DNA of 64,000 nucleotides from Novakomyces olei (GCA_016906335.1 JADEYG010000002.1:620001-684000), one strand, 5' to 3'. Positions 13,989 to 29,173 are shown, numbered from the stretch's first letter. The notes: generated by a model not told the origin, from the sequence alone. Numbers and translations: made by a program.

Positions 13989-14402
13989 ATAAATATAAAT
14001 ATAAATATAAATATAAATATAAATATAAATATAAATATAAATATAAATATAAATATAAATATAAATATAAATATAAATATAAATATAAATATAAATATAA
14101 ATATAAATATAAATATAAATATAAATATAAATATAAATATAAATATAAATATAAATATAAATATAAATATAAATATAAATATAAATATAAATATAAATAT
14201 AAATATAAATATAAATATAAATATAAATATAAATATAAATATAAATATAAATATAAATATAAATATAAATATAAATATAAATATAAATATAAATATAAAT
14301 ATAAATATAAATATAAATATAAATATAAATATAAATATAAATATAAATATACATGTAATTGTAATTGTAATTGTAATTGTAATTGTAATTGTAATTGTAA
14401 TT
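13989..14402. repeat. (ATAAAT)n perfect satellite (~360 bp) followed by (GTAATT)n
   Basis: Directly visible, starting ~10 bp after the HIS7 stop, between convergent genes. Confidence 0.97.
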
Positions 14403-14541
14403 ATGCAATGTGCGGCCTGGATATGTGCATTAAATGTCTTACAAAATACATCTTGTATGTAAGCCTATCCTATACAGCACTCAAAAAAAAGTTATTTAAA
14501 TGAACTAAATGATTATGAAAATTCAAATATTAAACGATTTT

Positions 14542-16210
14542 TCATGCCTCCACGAACGCCCGGTATACGATTAAATCGTCATGCATCGAAGTATTCGATA
14601 TTTCCATTGACTTTTTCGCGGCAATAAACAAGACAGTGCCCATAGCCAAATCCTCATTCCCTTCAACCCCAGCTAAAGCGTACCCAGATCCGCTCGTGAC
14701 TATAGCAATACTGGGTCCATTGAGAGCCTCAATCTTTTGTGTTCCCCCCGCGGGAATTGAACTTAGCAAGACACTGAATTCCTTGATAGGAGGATCAAAA
14801 AGAAGACAAGTGCCGTTGCCAGAAGCCCGTGCAAATTTAGAAGGCGTCATCTTTTGCGCTTCGGGTCCAGCGGAATTGTAAGTAAGCATCCGTACTAAAT
14901 TGTGCACGTCTTTAAATTTGGGAGTAAAGCCGGCACGCACTACATTATCACTTGCAGCCATACACTCTACTACATCTCCGGAAACATAAGCGTGAGGGTC
15001 ATTTGCTTGCAGGTACATTGCTTGGCCGGGTTGCAAGTGTACAAGGTTGAGGATGAAAAGACAAAACAATCCAACGTCCCTCGGGAATTGATCATTTAAT
15101 TCGTGAACGAGGCCAAAAATCTCTTCATCGTGCGATTCACGGGCAAAAGCAACCAATTCATCAGCACATTCTGCCACAGTTTCCGGTGACTGGGTCATTA
15201 AAGCATGAAATAGGGATTGTAAAGCGGTTTTGCCTGTGCTCGTTTGTGATTCCTGTTCATTGCTTGTCGCTTTAACGAACTCATTGTGGGCTTTCCCTCC
15301 GACTACTTTAGCTAGAGCTGGTATTTTATTGAGGAAATTGGCGATTTCTGATAATGGTCTGAATCCGCATAAGCCGGTGAAAGGTGTGATAGCGATTGTC
15401 ATCTCTGGTTTATGATTGCCGTCTAACGTTAGTTGTGTCGGAGAGTTGATGGGCTATGGCAAGATGAAAAAAATAATAATAATTAAATCCTGGAAGAAAT
15501 ATCATAAGAAATATAGGCAAATAAATTTGGCAAACATGTTTGATTTGGAGATTCCACTGTCGTCCATTTGCATAAATGACAGATATTTAAATCCAGCGGC
15601 CTTACCTTTGTAATTCTCAGGATCAGACTCGTGCAACTGCTCAGCCAGTGATCTGTCAGGGTGCGCTTGAATAGAAAGCGCTTTCCGTATCGACAAAATC
15701 TTGAATAAAAAAGGCAATTCGCCATGTGCATCGGCAAGACCGGCACTGCTTTCTGGATTCTGAGCCAAGATCTCGCTCAGCAGCCGACCAGATTCCACAT
15801 CGCGTGAAGGCGCGGACGGATGAGTTCCCATCCATAGCTAAATGTAAGAGACCCGAAACGCGTAAACGTAATTATCTTGAAACTAATTTTAAAGATAGAT
15901 AGACGAAAACAAGGTAGTAAAAAGACCGATTAAAGTTAAATCAATTGCCCAATTTGACAAATAAAAGGTGAAGAATCTTTTAATTATCCTCAAAATCGAA
16001 AAATTAATATCAAACATACTTCAGCGTACGGTTTTTCTTCTTCAATAGAAAAGCCTTCAGTGCCAGCAGCACAACGCGCTGCAAAAGAATCCGAGCCGAT
16101 TTTTCCTTTCCAAAAGTCAGTATCGGCTAATGAGACGATACATTAAACAAATTACCCCAATCGTATTGCTGGCAGCTGCAGCGCAGCCTTAGCATATCGG
16201 CACCAGGCAT
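14542..16210 (-). CDS. PMI40: Mannose-6-phosphate isomerase; three introns
   Basis: Spliced YDWGKIG, PYAELWMGTHPS, LPFLFKILSIRKALSIQAHPD, NHKPEM, HAYVSG, ECMAASDNVVRAGFTPK. Confidence 0.96.
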
Positions 16211-16282
16211 ACTGTGGAGTGAGAAAAGGATAAGTGGAGTATGTGACTATAAATGATCTAAAAATATACGGTGTGTTTTAGC

Positions 16283-17225
<943 letters not shown>

Positions 17226-17419
17226 GTAACGTTGAAAAGATTGTAAAAAAAAAGCGAGATTCAGATATAAATTTAGTATCAAGCTTGTCCATAATAAATT
17301 GAAAACATTATTCTTATATGGAGACTTTGACGCGAGTCGGGTATCGCTCCACGGCGATCCCCGCAAGCATAATGTGCATTTTGTAAGCTCGACGGGCATA
17401 ATCAAGCAAACCAAAAGAA

Positions 17420-18382
17420 ATGGTCTCGCGCCGAGCGTTGTACAACAGCACTCTGGCCGCTGGCGCGGTGGCAACAATATTAATAATTTTTGTTTTCTCA
17501 AACACACGGGCCATTCAGCCTTCGTCTTTATCAGTTCGGCTTTTTGTCGGTGTAATGAGCGGAGTGGAAGACTTTGAAAGACGTGCGCTATTGCGAATGG
17601 CTTATAACGAACAAATGAAACGCGTTAGGCCTGGTGATTACGTGGAAGTACAGTTTGCTATGGGAGAAACCGACGACCCTGTAGCGAAAAGTGCTCTCGC
17701 CATAGAGAACGCGCATTATCACGATATTCTTACAATTGCATTGCCAGAATCTAAACGCTCTACTGCCTTGACGTATCCTTTGGCTCGGGTATGTTTTTGA
17801 TCCCGTCTTTTAAAGCTACAGAGAAATTAACTCAACTAGCATCTCGGAGCTTTTCTCGCTCCCAGGGACAGGAGTCGCAACGATTTCAATTATGGGCTGT
17901 TTATAGAAAGCGATTCCTATATTGACTTGTTACTGCTGGCGGATACTTTGCGCTCATTGGCTCCGGCAACGCGTGTCTTTCTTGGCAGTACGGCAGCCGA
18001 GAGCAAGGCTTATGTGCTTTCGTGGGATATGCTGAGCCTTATCTCCAAATTTCGAGATCCCGCGCACATCGGCCCTGGAGAGGACACAGACCTGGTTCCA
18101 AAATGGCTGCAGCAAATCGACGCGTATCGGTACGCGTCATGTGCTAACGCGACTTTTGTCTCTGCTGCTCAGTGGGAAAAAGCATATATCGATGGTGCTA
18201 GGCTCGTGGCGCATAATCTTACAAGCACAAGGGCTCTTCTTGAAGTTGCGGGGCTCATGAGGGAAAGCGATTACGCTTGGCGGCCGGATGCGCCTGCACA
18301 AAGAGACCCTGATTACTACTCATCCCCTTTCAAAAACTTGAAGAGCCTCAAAACGCCTTATCGTGAGCCATTGGACGCTTGA
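17420..18382 (+). CDS. Type II membrane protein, GT31 beta-1,3-galactosyltransferase-like; intron ~17789-17839
   Basis: N-terminal TM anchor, RLFVGVMSGVEDFERRALLRMAY, ENAHYHDIL, YVLSWDM; DxD position reads ESDSY. Confidence 0.55.
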
Positions 18383-19039
18383 AGAATAATACACTCGGGT
18401 GCTTTTATACAGCTATAGACGATTGTTTTGCTTTTGTTATTATGATCATGATTATGATTTCTTTCTATTTATGCCGATAGAGACTTTTTGCGGAGCTTTT
18501 GAATTGAGAATGAAAAGTTTTGGAAGCGGACCAGCAGTGATACAAAACAGAGACGCGATTGTCAGTGTATTAGAATTACATCACGTTATGGAGCGGGAAC
18601 CCATAACCACGACTCACTTTTTTTGCTAGAATTTTAAAAGACAGGCATTTGCTGTGCCAAAATGAATACAGATTGATATTTAATATACTGGGGACAATAC
18701 TCAGTGTCTTGCTATATATAAAGCTTTAGAGAATTCAATTGTTGAGACAGACAAGAATAGCCGTGTTGACTCCTGAACCTATTGTAGATTTTTTATGTTC
18801 AGTTGCGAATAATAAATACAAAATATTAATATCGGCGGCTATATAAATTAGATAGCATGTAAAGGTTATACAGCGTAAAAGCTATATATACAGAAACATA
18901 AAGTTGTAGAAGTTTTACAGTTTTACAGTTATATTTAAATTTTAATAAAATAATAGCAGAGTAATGCAAGTTCAAGCGTAACACTAAAACAGAGCTCGTT
19001 TGACATTTTGCTCTTGGAGTGTATGGTTATTCATTTCTA

Positions 19040-19264
19040 ATGGATAAAGTCACTGCAGAATATCGCGTCGGCGATAAGATTCAGCAGACCTTCGCGGAAG
19101 AAATTGATGCTGCGGACGGTGCTACAGACGCTCAAAAGCTTTACGCACTACAGACTGCAACACTTAAACTCGCCGATGATATAAACTCAACGCTCACGGA
19201 ACAAATGAAGGCGGAAACGGGCGTAGACAAGGCTGACGACGATGAGCAACCTATCGTTTTATAA
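19040..19264 (+). CDS. GON7: EKC/KEOPS complex subunit Gon7-like
   Basis: 74-aa acidic protein with VTAEY N-terminus and LADDINSTLTEQM, resembling the Gon7 LQDxINxFLTxxM motif. Confidence 0.65.
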   Translation: MDKVTAEYRVGDKIQQTFAEEIDAADGATDAQKLYALQTATLKLADDINSTLTEQMKAETGVDKADDDEQPIVL

Positions 19265-22200
19265 TAACGGACATTTGTTATTTTTGTTCAGAGTGATTCA
19301 GGGATAAGGAAGCGTTCTGCCTTTTGTTTTTTGGTACAACGCAAACGCAGCATCAGAATGTGAAGAAGGTAGGGTAGGGAAATGTATGAGAATGTATGGC
19401 AGACTTATGTTATGTGGAATAAAGTACGACAGAATAAAGCATGGTAGGCTCTTTCGGTTTTGGATAGGAGATAAAATGTGTTTACTGTATGGAGTCAATG
19501 GACCCGTGTCTAGCTGCCGAAACGTGACGACTCGTGTCCCATCAAGGTGAAGGCCTCATCAAGATGAAGGCGAGCAATCGTCACTGCTATTGGACTCAGG
19601 CCAAGGTACTAGATCCATACCTTTTTCCGGGAGCAATTTGCGCTTTACACAGCCGCTTACATACGTGGGTGGACGCTACGATTGCGGCCACGATTCGCGC
19701 TTTACTATGAACCGGGTCGAGACCGTGAATACATTTACTTGATTACGGCTATGTACTCGCTGAAGAGCACAGCGCTGTACGGAACGTCTCTCACAATTTT
19801 GGGGCAGCATATACTTCTTTGTAGCCTCTTTTACCTTTGGGATGGAAAGGCTCTGCCCTGGAAGTACTACTGGGCCATTTCCAGTACCGCGCTTGGCCTT
19901 GTGAGAACCGCTGTATTCGTCCATCACGAATCTGTTACTAAAACTGCTCTTGCTCTCCCGCAATTGCTCCTGCAGGGCCAGCTTGCGCACCCAACTACAC
20001 TGGCCAGTGTTTATGCGGGGTTCTCAGCCTACCCGGTTCCGTTCAGCCTGCTGTCGTTTTTCCAGGTTCTCTTATCAGAAACTGCTACGCGAGCAGGCGG
20101 GCGCTAAATGGTCGTGTCGCGTTCGCACGCCTGGGGGGATTGCTTAAGGGCTACGTCATTGACCCGGTATGGAAGTTCAAGCTTGATTGTAAAGTATGGC
20201 AGGAATTTGATGGTGCTGGGCAAATTTTACGTTTCAACTTTTACGGAAAATACAAGCAAATGCAAGTTGTTTGCTTAGGTCCCGCAAATTTGGGGCAAAT
20301 TATGGTGTTTTATGGCACTGCTTTCACATTTCTCTTTGCATTCGATCACAGGAGTAGGGTCTCTATATTTTTCAATTATGTTTGGGTTGCGTTTGGCGTC
20401 ATTTATGATTCTTTAGCGTAACATGTCTATGCTATTAACGTGTTCTTCTACAATGCTAATACTGCTAAAAGAACATGATGTATTGACGTCAATGGTCTAT
20501 CTTTGCCGGAGCAACAGCACTATACGGGCGTTGCTGGATCTGATGCTATTGTGCAAACCCTTTTGCGCCTCGGGCTCGACGAAGTGTTTTGTGATTTCCG
20601 GGTAGCCGTATGCAACACCGATGGATTGACATCTAGTTTTTCGCTCCGGCTATTCGTGCGGCCATGGATATCCGTAAATTCGAACGTCCTGTAAAGGAAA
20701 TTGTTGTGCAGGCGTATCTCACGCCATTAGCCGTACTTTTAGCGTCTCCTCTGGCGTCAGTGCTGAGGCAGTTGTTTCTTCCGTTATCGCTACTGCATAA
20801 CGCCTCTGTGTAATTTTTATGTCTGCTAGAACTCTCAATAGATCTATTCAATTGACCCTGTGTGAACATTGTCGCCGTTCAAATTAGCAGTGTTAGCGTG
20901 TATTATGAATCAGTATGAACGAAGTAGAATAGCAAATCAATGAAGTGAAATCTTTGTAACGAGTACCTGTTAAGTCGTTTTTAAAAACAATAAAAAGCCC
21001 CTGAATTCCCTTAATTCCAAATCAAACTGTTGAGCAAAGTTAGACAATGGCAATGTGCCGACAAACCTTCTTCTGGTCCATGATGAACTTGATGGCACCA
21101 TGAACCATTAGGAGGAATGTCGGCTTTGTCGATTGTCAAAATCGAAAATGATGACTGGCAACTAATGGAGACCATGCAGCACTGTACTTGTCCAAAACAC
21201 GAACGTGTAATAGCCATTGGAGAAAGCCAGGGGGCCACAAGCGATAGAGTCCTGCCTGAAGTACTAAGTAGGCGGTGTCCCACCAAGACGCTGAACAGTC
21301 CATAGCACTCACCACCATGACAGCACAACCACCAGGTTTGAGAGCTTCCAAGCGAGCCATTATCGCTGCGAAGTTGAAACAAGGGTTATGCCGGACACAG
21401 CAGATATGGAAAAGACAGTGGGTCAAGGAAAATCGTGTCCCAATAGTCCGTCGAACTCACCTCTCAAACTTCAATCTGCCACCAACATCCTTCAGCGGAA
21501 AACTAGCCCCTGTCCCCAATAAAATTGAGCGGAATATGGTCCGGGCCTGAAGCATGCAGTCCCAGAGGAGGGGGCCACTGCCCCAAGATATTGCAAGAAG
21601 ATCCACAAATAACCTCACAAATCCCATACGAGACAGCAGCCTTCCCCTGGTTATGAACATTCCACCAAGCGGAATACTAGCCTCTACCCTCAGTCCAGGA
21701 TGTTATCCCTGAGTGGAGCAGGGCCCAGCAAAGAGGGGGGATGGTCCGGTCCTCGGGATCTTGGAAGATGAAGATTCAAGAGTGCGAAAGCGCCTTGCTT
21801 TATACCCTCGGGAAAAGGCCTCAATTTAACAGCGAGCACAAAAGCATTCAAATGCCTCAACTTCAATTACCAAAGTAGGACATGTGCTCGAAACCGTACC
21901 ATGGGCGATCCTGTTTTCGTTACGATTAGCCTGTTTGGGTTATATAGGGGACACGATGCTGCATTCTTATTGGTCAGAATATATTGGCTGGGCACGTTTT
22001 CGTGCCTATTCTGCCAAAACAAGTAACATGCTTTACTTGCTAGTCATGTTTCTGTGATATACCTTAATATAATAAATGTTTAGTGTTATACAGGACGATT
22101 ATTTTCAGGATTTGCTTCCTTTTGAGATTGCAGTCCCGTTTTTGTGACTCTGGTCTGAAAACACGATTGTCTCCAAGATCAAAAACGATGTCAGAAATTA

Positions 22201-23156
22201 AAATTGAACCAAAGTCTGAGGCAATTATTTGTATACGTATTTGTTGTCTTTTATTTTGAGGGAGAAAGTTTACATGTACAAGGTCGAGACGAATTCCGCT
22301 TGCTTTGCAACCGGACCTAGTTGCCGCCCTCTTATTTAATTTTAATTTTTTTTTATAATCTATTCTACAATTTTTTCTTCCCTTATTTTCGTTTTGTTCT
22401 TTTGTAGAGGCTGAAGTGTGGACGCCTCCATGTGGATTTTCAATAGAAACTGGGCCTGCGTAGGCACGGTTGGCGTTTTATAGGGGCTCAAGTCCGGGGC
22501 TGTTTCAATCACTTGCGTAGCATGTTTTAATAATGGTATAATTGCAGTGAAAAACAACGTGATAAATTGATCATCAAACTTGTTTCATTTTTCGTGAGCA
22601 TAAACAATATTGAAACCAATACTAAACTTGTTACGTTACGTAACTGATACGAAAATTCAATATATTGAAGTTAGCGAAAAGAGCTTTGATTAAAGCATAA
22701 CAGCCAATAATTGAATTTAACTGAAAAATCTCTTTGGCTTTTCCAAGAGCGCGAATAAAAATGACGAATGTTGTGAGCAATCAACCCAAAAGAGAGCCCA
22801 AAAAACTACTTTAAACTCTAACACTGGCTGTAGGTTTGACATGGATTTGTGCATTTTACATTCATCTGATCTGCATTTATTGTACAGTAGTACAGTGGTA
22901 AATCGTCTGACGTTGGCAAAAATAGCCCGCCTCTAAATTAAATATGTAATGTATATTATGTGTTTTAATTTTTGACTGTTTTTTGTTAATTATAAATAAT
23001 TCTGTACAATGTCTTTTCGTTTATACAATATTTTTTCTTGATACATTCTTTTTTCTTTCAACATTCCTTTTTCTTTTATATGTGTATAGTGTAAATGAAT
23101 GTACGAAACAATCTATAACTATCTGTATCTGTATAATATCTCGTCGCGTTCACATT

Positions 23157-24811
23157 ATGAGCTCGACTCATGACGGCGCTGACCGTAGTGTAAGCGTCCT
23201 GCATTGGCCAATTACTGATCCTCACAGTCACCGAGCTCGGCCAACGTTAAATCCGAGGCTGCGGGCAGTATAGAAAGCGCGGGCCATGAAGGGAATGAGC
23301 AGCCAGCAAACGGCTCTGTTCCTGACAGTGCGACAGGCAGCATGGAAAACGACGGGGAGTCGAAAGACGGAAGCAAATCTGCCCTCAATGGCGATCTCAA
23401 ACGGCCAGCAACTGAATTTTCTGGCAGTGGCATGGGTGACAGCGCCTCTAAACGCCCTCGATTAGAGGCGACACCGGAAGAGCCTCCGTCTGCTGACAAA
23501 GTGCCTTTGCCGCAGGCAGCCACGGCTACCGTGGACGGCGACGGCAAGGAATCTCTGCAAAATACTTTAAAAGAGCCTTTAAGAGAGCCTTTACAAGAAC
23601 CGCTACAAGAACCGCTACAAGAACCGTTACAAGATTCTTCTATACAGCCTTTACAAGAGCCGCTACACGATTCTTCTATACAGCCTCTACGAGAGAATTT
23701 ACAAGAACCAGAGCAAACGGTTCCATTACAAGATCCGTCTACTCTACAAAGTGCATCTCCGCAGGATGATACTAGACTGCAAACTGCAAAAGAGCCTTTG
23801 AACAGTATAAATGCGGGAAACTTGGAGCAAAATACGGTGCCACAAAATGGCTTGAAACCTTCTCTGCCACAGTCGTCCGACGCACAGTCTTTTGGCAAAA
23901 CCACAGCCGCTGAGCAGGCGTCTGATGCTTCGCAATTGCCTTTGCAACTGCCTTTGCAGACTCCAAAGCCTCCGCAACTTCACCCACCATCTACAGGCAT
24001 CCATTCTGGCGCTCAGAGCTCGGCTGCGACTGCCCCTGCGCTTCCACTGCTGCCCTCCTTACCACAAGACTTGTTTGCTCTGCAGGGCACTGATCAAGGC
24101 GATACTGTAGACACAACGGACGCGGATCCAGGAACAAATGCGCCCACCTTGTTTGCCCCGTCAAAGGGCGAACCGCCATTTAAAATCTGTCAGGAAGTCG
24201 CTTTGGCCAATGGCTTTTACGAGCACAATATGTACTTGCAAGACTCGCTACGGGCTCTAGCCAGAGATCTAGAAGCTTCTGCGCGAGCACGTGATCGTCC
24301 AGCGCAAACAACAGCGCAAAGGCAAAGTATCGCTGCTTCAACGCCTCGAGTTTATCACTCAGCGGCCGCAGAAGCCAGTGCAAAACGCGAGTCTTCTGGT
24401 GCTCATCCAGGGCTGCTTACATCTTCGTCTTCTTACAAGTTAATTGGGCTTGTGACAGAGGGTATTTTGCACATTGGCGATCTGTGGCGGTACACTGCGA
24501 CTTTCGGACCTCTCGAAATCCAAAGGGAGTGCCAGTTAATGACGAGTAATGCTACAGGGTTAGTATTCAAAGTGGCCAATGTGGATGTTGGCACTGTGGC
24601 AAACGCTGGTCCAGGAGATGTGCTGATTGCGAGCTTTGTTACTTCTCCAGAGATGCTCGAGTGGCGGCTGTTGGATTCGGATAACCGTATCGGCCCCATT
24701 GATCGGTCTGAGGGAGATCCGTCAGTGAAATTCCGGCTGGTACGAGACGGTCAGGATATCGGGACTCTGAAAGAAGTGTGTGCCGCTGCTCGTCAATCGA
24801 AACCGGACTAG
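23157..24811 (+). CDS. Putative ASX-homology (DEUBAD-like) chromatin protein with EPLQ repeats; intron 23190-23227
   Basis: In-frame splice; FYEHNMYLQDSLRALARDL resembles DEUBAD; C-terminal GDLWRY..RECQ..DGQDIGTLKEV resembles the C-domain of fungal ASXH proteins (from memory). Confidence 0.45.
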
Positions 24812-25025
24812 TGCCGCGGCGGGGAAATGCAATGCATAAATCATTGATAAAAGTTGGCCAGTTGAAGATGTGTATAAATATATTTATACATTTATATACT
24901 TTTTGAAAATAAAAAGTTAATTAATCAATTAATGAATATTTAAATCTAAGAGTATACAAACATTTCTAGTATAAACACTCATTCACAGTTGCTCATCACT
25001 TTATCATCCGTCTACGCTCTCACAA

Positions 25026-26254
25026 TCAAGGTCCACGAAAGAGATCCGGTATCGTCTTTCCCTGCTTTACCGTCTGCTCTATAATTTGTACAACGTTTGC
25101 CGCGGTTACACGGCCGTACCACACAGCGTTCACGAACCCGCCATTGCCAGCATCACGGTGTCTGTACACAATAACGTTACCCGCAAACTTGTGTCCGCCA
25201 CTTTGACATTAGTTTTTCCATACTACAATAATTTGTCTCTGTAAATTTGCTTCTAATTATTTGTCCTTTCAATGCTTTTTATCATGCTTATCAATTATTC
25301 TGTTTTCTTTTGTTTTGCCAAGTCTTTTATTTCCTTTTGTTCTCCTGATTTATTTGACGAAATTCAATTTTAAAATTGATTTTGTTCCTTTCGTGTCACT
25401 TACACGTGTGAAATCAAATCTACGCAAACAGGCAGCTTGCGCTGAGCTATTTCTTGCTCAAATTTCTGACCGAGAATGGGTCCAGTTACTCCACAACGAC
25501 GGTCTCTTGCCATGTGCGCACAAATGAGAATGATAGAAGACTGTATTGCTTGCACTGTTAAATGCGGGAAATACTGTCGCAATTTTTCTGTGCATTCTTC
25601 TCGGTGTGGTAAAGCGTTCTTCACCGTCTGTACAAAGGGGGAGATATCTTTAGCCTGTAAATTTTGAACTTGAAGACCCAACGGCAGAATGGTGACGGTC
25701 GCTCCATCGGGACTTGCGGCCGGCTTGGCTACTGCTTGAGCTAGGAGTCGCGAAGGCTAAATTTGTCAGTTCAAAATCAAACGAATTCAATAAGACTAGC
25801 AAGAGCATTGGTGAAGAGGGTGCGAAAATGCGGACAGCACGACAACCGAAACCACCATGAATTCGTCCCTGGTTGAGAGAAGAAATAGCAAACAAAAATC
25901 GGCAATTAACCAATCGATCTTCTTAAATAAATAAATAAATTAGCCAGCCAACCCTACCTTTTTGAAAAGGCCGCCACTGCTCTTCTTTTCTGCAACAGCA
26001 CGCGCCAGCTCAGAAACGACAGGGTTCGACAGGGTCTGTATATCGTACCCCCACTCACGATTGCCTGTGTGCACGAGAAATTGGGCGTCATAGGGCCGTA
26101 CAGAGCCTCGTAGCGGCGATGTGTGATCGATCTCCGCCCAGATATCTGAAGGGAACCCTGATCCTTCACTGCAGGAGCAGTTCCAGCGCCTTTGGCCACG
26201 AATAGCTCCGAGCATTGATCGGGACATGGAGAGTTTAGCCATTAGGCGCATCAC
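25026..26254 (-). CDS. APD1: Apd1/Aim32-type sucrase/ferredoxin-like [2Fe-2S] protein; introns 25757-25957 and 25201-25403
   Basis: LICAHMARDRRCGVTGP and spliced ISHVGGHKFAGNVIVY..WYGRV. Confidence 0.85.
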
Positions 26255-26461
26255 GCTTAGCTGTTTTGGCAGTATCGGCCAAATGCCGGCCGATGTCGGA
26301 GTTATTGCGGACTAAAAAACAGTCCCTGACTTTGACACTTGAATCTACAATTTGACAGTGGATCAGCGCTCAAAAGTCATTGGCTATGTGCTGTAATATT
26401 ATGAGCCTGTGCCAAAGGTTCGGCATGATCTGTCCTCGATTGCCGTCTTTTAGAACTGACC

Positions 26462-26850
26462 ATACATTATTGATATTATTGATACATTATTGATACATTA
26501 TTGATACATTATTGATACATTATTGATACATTATTGATACATTATTGATACATTATTGATACATTATTGATACATTATTGATACATTATTGATACATTAT
26601 TGATACATTATTGATACATTATTGATACATTATTGATACATTATTGATACATTATTGATACATTATTGATACATTATTGATACATTATTGATACATTATT
26701 GATACATTATTGATACATTATTGATACATTATTGATACATTATTGATACATTATTGATACATTATTGATACATTATTGATACATTATTGATACATTATTG
26801 ATACATTATTGATACATTATTGATACATTATTGATACATTATTGATACAT
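26462..26850. repeat. 11-bp (ATTATTGATAC)n minisatellite
   Basis: Directly visible, in the APD1/SEC59 divergent intergenic region. Confidence 0.97.
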
Positions 26851-27163
26851 TGTTGATGTATTATTGATTCATTGATGATTCATTTTTACAAATTATTCAA
26901 GTTATTCATACATTATTCATGCGTCTTGATAATTCTCGTATAACATACCTGCAACGCGCATCTAATGCACTTCAATAATTATTTTATTATTCAATGCTAT
27001 GGTAATGTAAATTATATTCACAGGATAAAGCTTCCAATTATAGGAGGCGCAAACACCGTATGATTTATTGGCAAAAATACACGAAAAAGACGAAATGCAT
27101 GATCTACAGGGCTACGGCAGTTACGACTAGATCGGCCATGCCGCAATTAATCGTACTGACTTG

Positions 27164-29173
27164 ATGAAGCACACTGGACGCGCAGGCACTTTAGCGACTC
27201 TGACAGCGCCAATGGCAGAGACCCCGGGTGCTCCCGTTGTCGTTGTGCCACGGCGCGTTAAAGGCCACACGCTTGGCAGCAGCAGCAACAGCCCTCCTTC
27301 TCCTAATTCTAACCATGTAACGAGCGTGTCCGATGACGGAGACGACGAGTTTGATGACGAGGCCGATCAGGTTTCTGTTGAGAACAGCGAAACGCACTCG
27401 AGCTACTCGAGCCTGAGCGCTCGGCTCTCACACTCTGCTACTCTGCTCCTGCTCGCTCCTCTCTCGTCTTCATCGGTAGAAAGAAGGATTCTACACGATT
27501 CTCAGGGAGAGCATCCCACCGCAAATGGTGACTCCTCTACTACGTCGTTGCTGGAGTGGGCTATTGTGCTGGCACACGTGCTCAATGTCTGCCGATGGCC
27601 CTCGGCTCTCGGACTGCTTCTAGTCCTGCCGTGCTCCCGCCTGTTTCAGCGGTATATGGGGTGAGTCTAGCCTGTGATTTTGTTTGTCTATTTGCTTGTT
27701 ATTTTTAATTAATTAATTAATTAATTAATTATTTATTTATTCGTTCATTTATTTATTTATTCATCATTCTTACTGACCACGAGAACTGGGTTGCTATGGA
27801 TATCCGTATTCCCGCTAGTCGTTGGTCTGGCCAAAGCACAGTCTCTACGCCCGCAGTACCAAACTTTATCCGATGAAATTACGCGCACAAACGGCTGTAT
27901 TGCTATTACAAGCGCAGTTTCCCTATTGCCAGGCAAATTTTTCGCAGTGGCCATTGACTGTTTGGCCGGGGTTGCTGATGGAGCAGTAGTGCACCGCCAT
28001 GTAATCTGTACACTAGAGCAAGTCACTTTCCGATCTCTCTCAGTGGAAGAAACGGCCATGCTGGCCAGTGCTGTTTCAAATATTATCATGTACATGCACA
28101 ACCTGCCTTCAGGCATTCTTGCACCGGCCCCAGCATTTATTCTCGTGGGCTGTGTCGTTGTTCCACTCTGCCTTTGGCCGGCGACTCCGTACTTTGCCGA
28201 ATGTGCACAAATGGCCAGAACAAGGCCGAATATGAGGAAACCGGGCTACGGAGAGCAAAAGTTACGTTTGACTCTGGGAGGAAGTGCCCTGTTTATCTGC
28301 TCAGCATTGGTACTTGTGCCCGCTGTTCTTACAGGCAGGCTGGGCTGCGATCCTTTCCTGTGGGCTTATACCTACTTTTTTGCCTCTCCTCAAGCACCAT
28401 TAAGGCTGGCAGTCATTGGCTACTGGTGCCTTTGCTTAGCCCTAGGGTTAGGCACTACTCCCCTAATTCTAGGCACTGCCGGTCGTCATAGAGGGCATGC
28501 TTTATCAATGTCTTCGGCTGCCTTGAACCGAAGACGCAAATTTTTCCATTTCCTTGTCGTCGTCATGTTTGCTCCTGTAATTGCTCGGGCATGGGAAATG
28601 GTGGGTATTGCTTTTGCCTGTGCTTTTGCCTGTTTTTTGCTGGCTGAAGTGTGCAGAGCCTGCTCGCTTCCGCCCATGGGCATTGCATTGCACAAGTACC
28701 TCACAAATTTCACTGATCAGAGGGATGCTCGGGGATGTATGATTATCTCTCATATCTTTTTGCTGCTCGGAGTCGCCGGACCCGTTTGGGCCAGCGGGGA
28801 GACAGGGTTTAGTCCTCCAATAGCTCGCCATACTTTAGCTGCTCTTAGTGGAGTCTTATGCCTTGGCTGTGGAGACGCGCTGGCCTCGATAGTGGGTAAA
28901 AAACTGGGTCGGCATCGCTGGCCGAGAACGGGAAAGACCGTTGAAGGCTCTCTCGCCTTTGTAGCGGCTATGCTGGCCGGGGCCGCACTGGCAGATTGGT
29001 TAGGGTTTTTGTCCTCTGACACTGGAGGCAGTGCTCTGTCTGTAAAGGACTGGCTATTGTATGTGCGTGCGACAGTAGCAACGGCCCTGCTGGAAGGATT
29101 GAGTCTGCAAAACGATAATTTGGTGATCCCCATGTTTATGTGGAGTATTTTGGAGGCGAATCAGAATGGCTGA
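27164..29173 (+). CDS. SEC59: Dolichol kinase; intron 27661-27783
   Basis: LNRRRKFFH, FTDQRDARG, ISHIFLLLG, LGCGDALASIVGKKLG, KTVEGS, QNDNLVIP. Confidence 0.92.

Noticed and set aside
27094-27165. Short upstream ORFs before SEC59
   Set aside because: Transcription start unknown; ORFs this short are expected by chance
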